DNA of 64,000 nucleotides from Raillietiella orientalis (Eukaryota): NCBI GenBank assembly GCA_036172245.1, contig JAYWIR010000029.1, positions 496,001 to 560,000 of the forward strand, read 5' to 3'. Shown piece by piece: positions 59,301 to 64,000 of this stretch (position 1 is its first letter; each line of letters starts with the position of its first letter). The notes under the pieces were generated by a model. It saw only the letters and a program-made list of their open reading frames with translations, ran no database searches and was not told where the DNA came from. The position numbers and the translations under genes were made by a program.

Positions 59301-62279
59301 TTGTCCATGAGGAATGGTTTGAAATTCGCGAGCGCCGAATTGGAAAATTCCGGAAGCTCAGACGAAATGAAAGTGCACATGTTCGTATAAAGAAGAGGAA
59401 GTGGATGGATGCATATTGTGAAGACCCTCATTAAGTAGTACTTGTACATGGATACATATTTGGTTATAAATTCATTTTAACGTCCGTGTTTCTTCATACT
59501 TATAGGTTGGATATAAATATTCTTATTAATGCATGTGTTCGCATTGATATTTCTGAATTTTGATTTCAGTTCTTTCGCACGGATATGCCGGGGCATTTAT
59601 TATTTCAGTATATGTGTTGTTCTGTGTGGTTATTTTGGAAATCAGACAGCCCATCGTATAGTCTGGAGGAAATACGGATAGGAAAGAAAGATGTGATACA
59701 AAGTAGCATGACATTTGACATCAGAACACGAAGGTCAAGCAACCAAGAGAGATAGCCAACGAAATTCGTGACAGAAAATGCCAGAACGAGCATAGCAGAG
59801 GAATTGAATCTTCGAAACAGACGAGCAAGAAATCTAGATAAATCAAAGATGATGAATTCTCGATCGGAACATCCGCAAACGATTGTTTTCATTAGGTCAG
59901 AGACTGATGCAGCAATATGAGACACGCTTTTCCAGTTGCCCAACACCATCTTTGTTTTGAAATCAGAACCCATAGTGAATAAAAGTCGTTCCTTGATCTG
60001 GCCACTGCAGTCCTCACGAGAGAGTTGAGTAACAAACAAGACGGAATTTGTTCTTGGACGACTGTGTGCACTCGGATACGATGAAGAAAGCATTTCTTTG
60101 CGTACGCCTTGACCCAGCAACTTCTGTGGAGAAAGCCATCTGAATATTAACAAAGCACAGTGTCGCATCCCAATGCTTGATAATTGTCACCGTTGCAGAA
60201 ATCAGAAACCACTCAGAGTCAAGAAGTGCCTCCGAGGAATCGGAAAACTACGGAGCGGGGCAAAGGAGGCATGTCAGCGCTTCCCAATCACCCGCTCTAA
60301 CGGGTAACCATTCGCTTGGCGAGGCGGACAACATGCTACCATCTTCTCGGGCATTAATGAAGGGTATCTCTTCCTCTCGTCGTCTCAGTGTGGCCCGTCG
60401 GAAGGTCAACGGGATGCACGACGACGAAAAGAGGCACCAAGACCCCCCCTCCTCCCTTATGACCTCGTATTCCTGCAGGAGATTCACAGCATCCCCTACC
60501 AGGAGGCTGAAGAGGTTTCTCAGCCGCTCACGCCATGTTCCATATAAGTTATACAAAATAAACCAACGACTGGACAAAGATCAGGAGAATTTTCCCTGGC
60601 ACGCAGGTCGGAATAACAGTACGGAACGGTGAGAGGAATTGGGAAGAACAGACAAAAAAACAGAAGAAAAACATGACGTGGAGTGGGACGGGACAAGGGT
60701 CTTTGGGATCGCTCTGGAAGGCACCAGGATACAAACACTAGCACCAAGAATTCAACCGATCGAACGGGGATGGGACATGGGTGGGCGAGAGGTCGCAAGG
60801 GTCACCGGAGTACGCTGTTCTTGAACGTCTGTGTACCGGCGATGGATGCCGGCGTTGTCCTTCTTTACCTCGTCATGCAGGTGAGACCACCTTGCGGCCT
60901 TCTCCATGGATTCAGCTGCAAACCGGTGAGACTCCCTTCGCTGCGCTGACAACTCCAGGGCGTAGCGGGCCTTGACGACGGCGTGAATGCAATATGGTTG
61001 CGATGATCACGCCTACCGAAAGTCCAGTCCTACTGAAGAAGTGTCGCAGCACGTCCACTGCAGTGCCTCCCTACGGCATGATGGCCGAAATCAGCCTCCG
61101 CCACAGTTCGCGGAGATCACCGCAGTCCAGCAAGAGGTGCGGAAACGACTCGATCGCCCCGCACCTCGAGCAGCTTAGCGAGACAGCCCCCCCGGAAACG
61201 ATGTTTCGCCTCTGATTACAATGGAGACCCCAGTGTAAAAACAGCAGCACATCTTGTTTCCATTTCAATGGGAATACGGAACTGTCCAAACAAACGGAGG
61301 GAACCACTATCTCTTCGGGGGGTACACTTGAATGCTCTCTCCACCGAAGCATGCCCTTTGCCCGATTCCGAGGAGTGGTGGCTTGCACCAGCTATTTTGT
61401 CCTCCAGCCGCCAAGGAGCTTAGACTCTCCTGCAGTTGTGCAGGAGAACTCCCATTCCGCCGGTAGGCAACTGTCATTGTTTGCCCTAAGGGCAGACAGC
61501 GCTGCGGCGAGGGGTGTGGCGGCCAGACGATCCTCCTTCTTCTTGTCCTGCATGACTTTGTCCAGGGGATGACTCAAGAGAAGTTGCAGGCCTCGAAGAT
61601 CTTCCGGGCGCATTTTTTCGGAAGCGGTCCATGATGCAACAGATTCCTGCCTCCATGCATTAATTAGGCTGAAGAGGTCGGAATAGGTACAGGAGGGAAG
61701 CTGCACTGACGGGCTGGCTCCACTCCGAGGTGCGGAGTAGTAGCGTTCCTCGCAAAGCCAAGATTGGAAAGGAGGAATGCACAGTGTTCGTGTCGACGAG
61801 GACGGACAGGTGGGCCGACTTGTCATCAAGTGGTTTCTTATTCTAGTAATAAAAGGAGTTCCTATTGCACTATTCTCAGCCACCGTCTCGCCATCCTTTC
61901 CTTTGGGTGAGTTTTGCTGTTCTCGCCTTTCAGAATGCTAATCATTCCCCGAGAATCTGGACGATTGGGTCCTTGATTTAGGTTGGACCGAGGTTGTTTC
62001 CTTGAGAAGGAGTGGTAATCAGGACTCAAGGTCTCCCAGCACGCTCATTTGATTTCCACTTTAAGCAACAGTTGGTCAACATTCTGTCGGAAAATTTCTT
62101 TTTACGAGCTTCGAACGCTGGACTTTCTGTTCTTTTCCTGATTGATAAGCCGTTTCAGCAGACGCGCATGAATCATGCGCTTCCTTTACCAGGGGTTCCA
62201 TCGCATCTTTACTTGTGGGCTGAACTGAAGGTTGATACTGGGGTCTGTCAGGGGAATAGGCAGTTCTGGAGGTGCATCT

Positions 62280-63030
62280 AGCAGATATTTCCGTTGCACC
62301 GAATGTTTTGAGGACATTCCCTCACCAGACATGCGTAGCAGTGAAGGGATTCCCAACTCTTCGGTGGTGCAGTTTCCACGATCCTAGCGATCCAACGAGG
62401 ATACTGCGAACCTGCGATCTCCTCAGACCCCCTCGAAGGACATTCGGAGAGCAGTTTCTCGGTATTTCTTCTTGTTCTCCCGAGTCACTCGGAATGCGAG
62501 TGTTCGAAAGGGCATGCCACATCCAGAATTATTGTTTGGTCCCTTGTTTTGTAACAGTTGAACCTGGTAACGGTTGAAAATTTACATCCGGAACTTCCTA
62601 TCCTCCTGATGTCATTTCCCATTCTCTGTTCGTCGCCCTCACGATGCGGTCGTCGATGGCGCCGTGTCCATTGTGGGAATAGGCGAGAGTGCCGCCTGCA
62701 ATGGTTAGCGATCTGCGGCATTGTCTAGCCCCACTCCATGCATCAGCGATATCTTCCGCGTTCACCTTGTCTTCTGGCTGCTCCTCTTATTGGCAGCAGT
62801 CAGGCGAGCCTCACGGATGAGTTTGCAACAAACAACCACAGGAAAATAGGAAATGTGAGGATGGCAGGACTTTGTTTTGTTCTGATAGGGGTGTTCTTTT
62901 GTGAGTTTCCGACGTCTTCCCCATAGAGTTGTTCGCACGATGGATACTGCCTTCCTCCTCTTATTTCTATTGAAAGTATCTACATCCGCGATGCGTACAT
63001 CTTCGAGTGACGCTGTATGCTGCTGCCCTA
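62280..63030 (-). mobile_element. Non-LTR element C-terminus: CCHC knuckle plus restriction-like endonuclease
   Basis: LLPIRG, TMPQIANHC, IILDVACPFE and ILVGSLGSW. Confidence 0.8.
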
Positions 63031-63039
63031 GGGTAAATC

Positions 63040-64000
63040 TTCTCCACCGAATCCCAACAAAAGGTTCGGCACACCTTGACCAGGATAGCGGAGGCGTTCC
63101 CAGAGCACATCACGCCTCCCACTTTTCACGCCAAGTTCCGTGTTTCCGGCGAGCAGCAATTCGCCCTGCGGCACCTGGAGCACAAGGACTTGCACAAGGA
63201 CAGCAGAAATTGCCACGTCCTTTGCGCATTCGCGGGACTGCGGGAGAACGTGGCAGCAGGTCCCGCTAGTGCACTCATCTCTCACTATCGGAGGTACTTG
63301 CACGCCCACTTGCATCTACTCCACGAAATGACGACCAAAATTAAGGAGGAGAGGCATCTTCGGGAGCTGCTCCATGAAAGCAGGATAAGGTTGCCGCCGA
63401 AAAATGGCGATCTAATGGAAGTCAGGCAGTGGCTACCCATATCCATCCTGACATGGATGCCAAGTAGTTGGACAGGGTCTGGATCCCTTCTTGAAGGAGG
63501 TCATGCTGTCGCCCATCTCTTCCATATAGATATGCTCTATGCCTGGTCGGCACATGTCTGACAACGGGAAGTACCCCAGACTACCGTCAGTTTCAGCCAA
63601 TACTTCGGCGACAACCCGGTGCTGACCTTCACTGACATGGAGAGGGCACTCGACACTGCGGACCATGGGAGGCTCTGGAGAGTTTCGGGCAAGGTGGGTT
63701 TCCCACAGTACTGCGTCGAGTACGTGCGGATGACCCTGATCGAGGTCCACTTCACAATCAAGGTCAACGGGTGCGAGACGGGGGAAATCTGGACAGAAAA
63801 GGGAGTCCCTCAAGGAGACACCCTCAGTCTCGTGTTCTTCGTCATCGATACGAAGGCAGTGTCGTCCATTACTGCTCCAAGTACTGACTATCGATGGCCA
63901 ACGTCCGACTCACCTGGAGCACGCACATGACCTTCCGTTCTTTGTAAAAGAGCTTCCAGAAGGATCCGAAGGCGTTGCTAGAGATCGTCAGATCAGTAGG
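63040..64000 (+). mobile_element. Non-LTR reverse transcriptase fragment (frameshifted)
   Basis: SRIRLPPKNGD...WLPISI, FTDMERALDTADH...GFP and TGEIWTEKGVPQGDTLS. Confidence 0.85.

Noticed and set aside
43700..64000. U2 snRNA or rRNA target sequences next to the Utopia/R2-like fragments
   Set aside because: No recognisable U2, 28S or tRNA sequence seen by eye.

Overview
Eukaryotic (metazoan, probably arthropod-like) genomic DNA with spliceosomal introns, so most ORF-track calls are spurious. The main feature is one large plus-strand gene, built by hand from splice sites and reading-frame phase (about 9.2-43.6 kb, with a probable upstream vWA exon at 4.1 kb). It encodes a type-I membrane protein: hemicentin/VWA7-like beta-sandwich region, a CUB-like domain, about 40 highly diverged small Cys-rich modules each on its own phase-1/phase-1 exon, one EGF domain, a transmembrane helix and a short Tyr-containing tail. 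The model is about 1850 codons from 9199. One junction (module 1 to module 2) gives a TAA and is unresolved. Decayed copies of the module exons lie in the introns, with pogo/Tigger-, Helitron- and hAT-like remnants. Beyond 43.7 kb is a transposon graveyard: R2/NeSL/Utopia-like non-LTR fragments in both orientations, a decayed DIRS-like element and a ~2 kb T/C-rich tract. All family assignments are by-eye motif recognition, not database searches.
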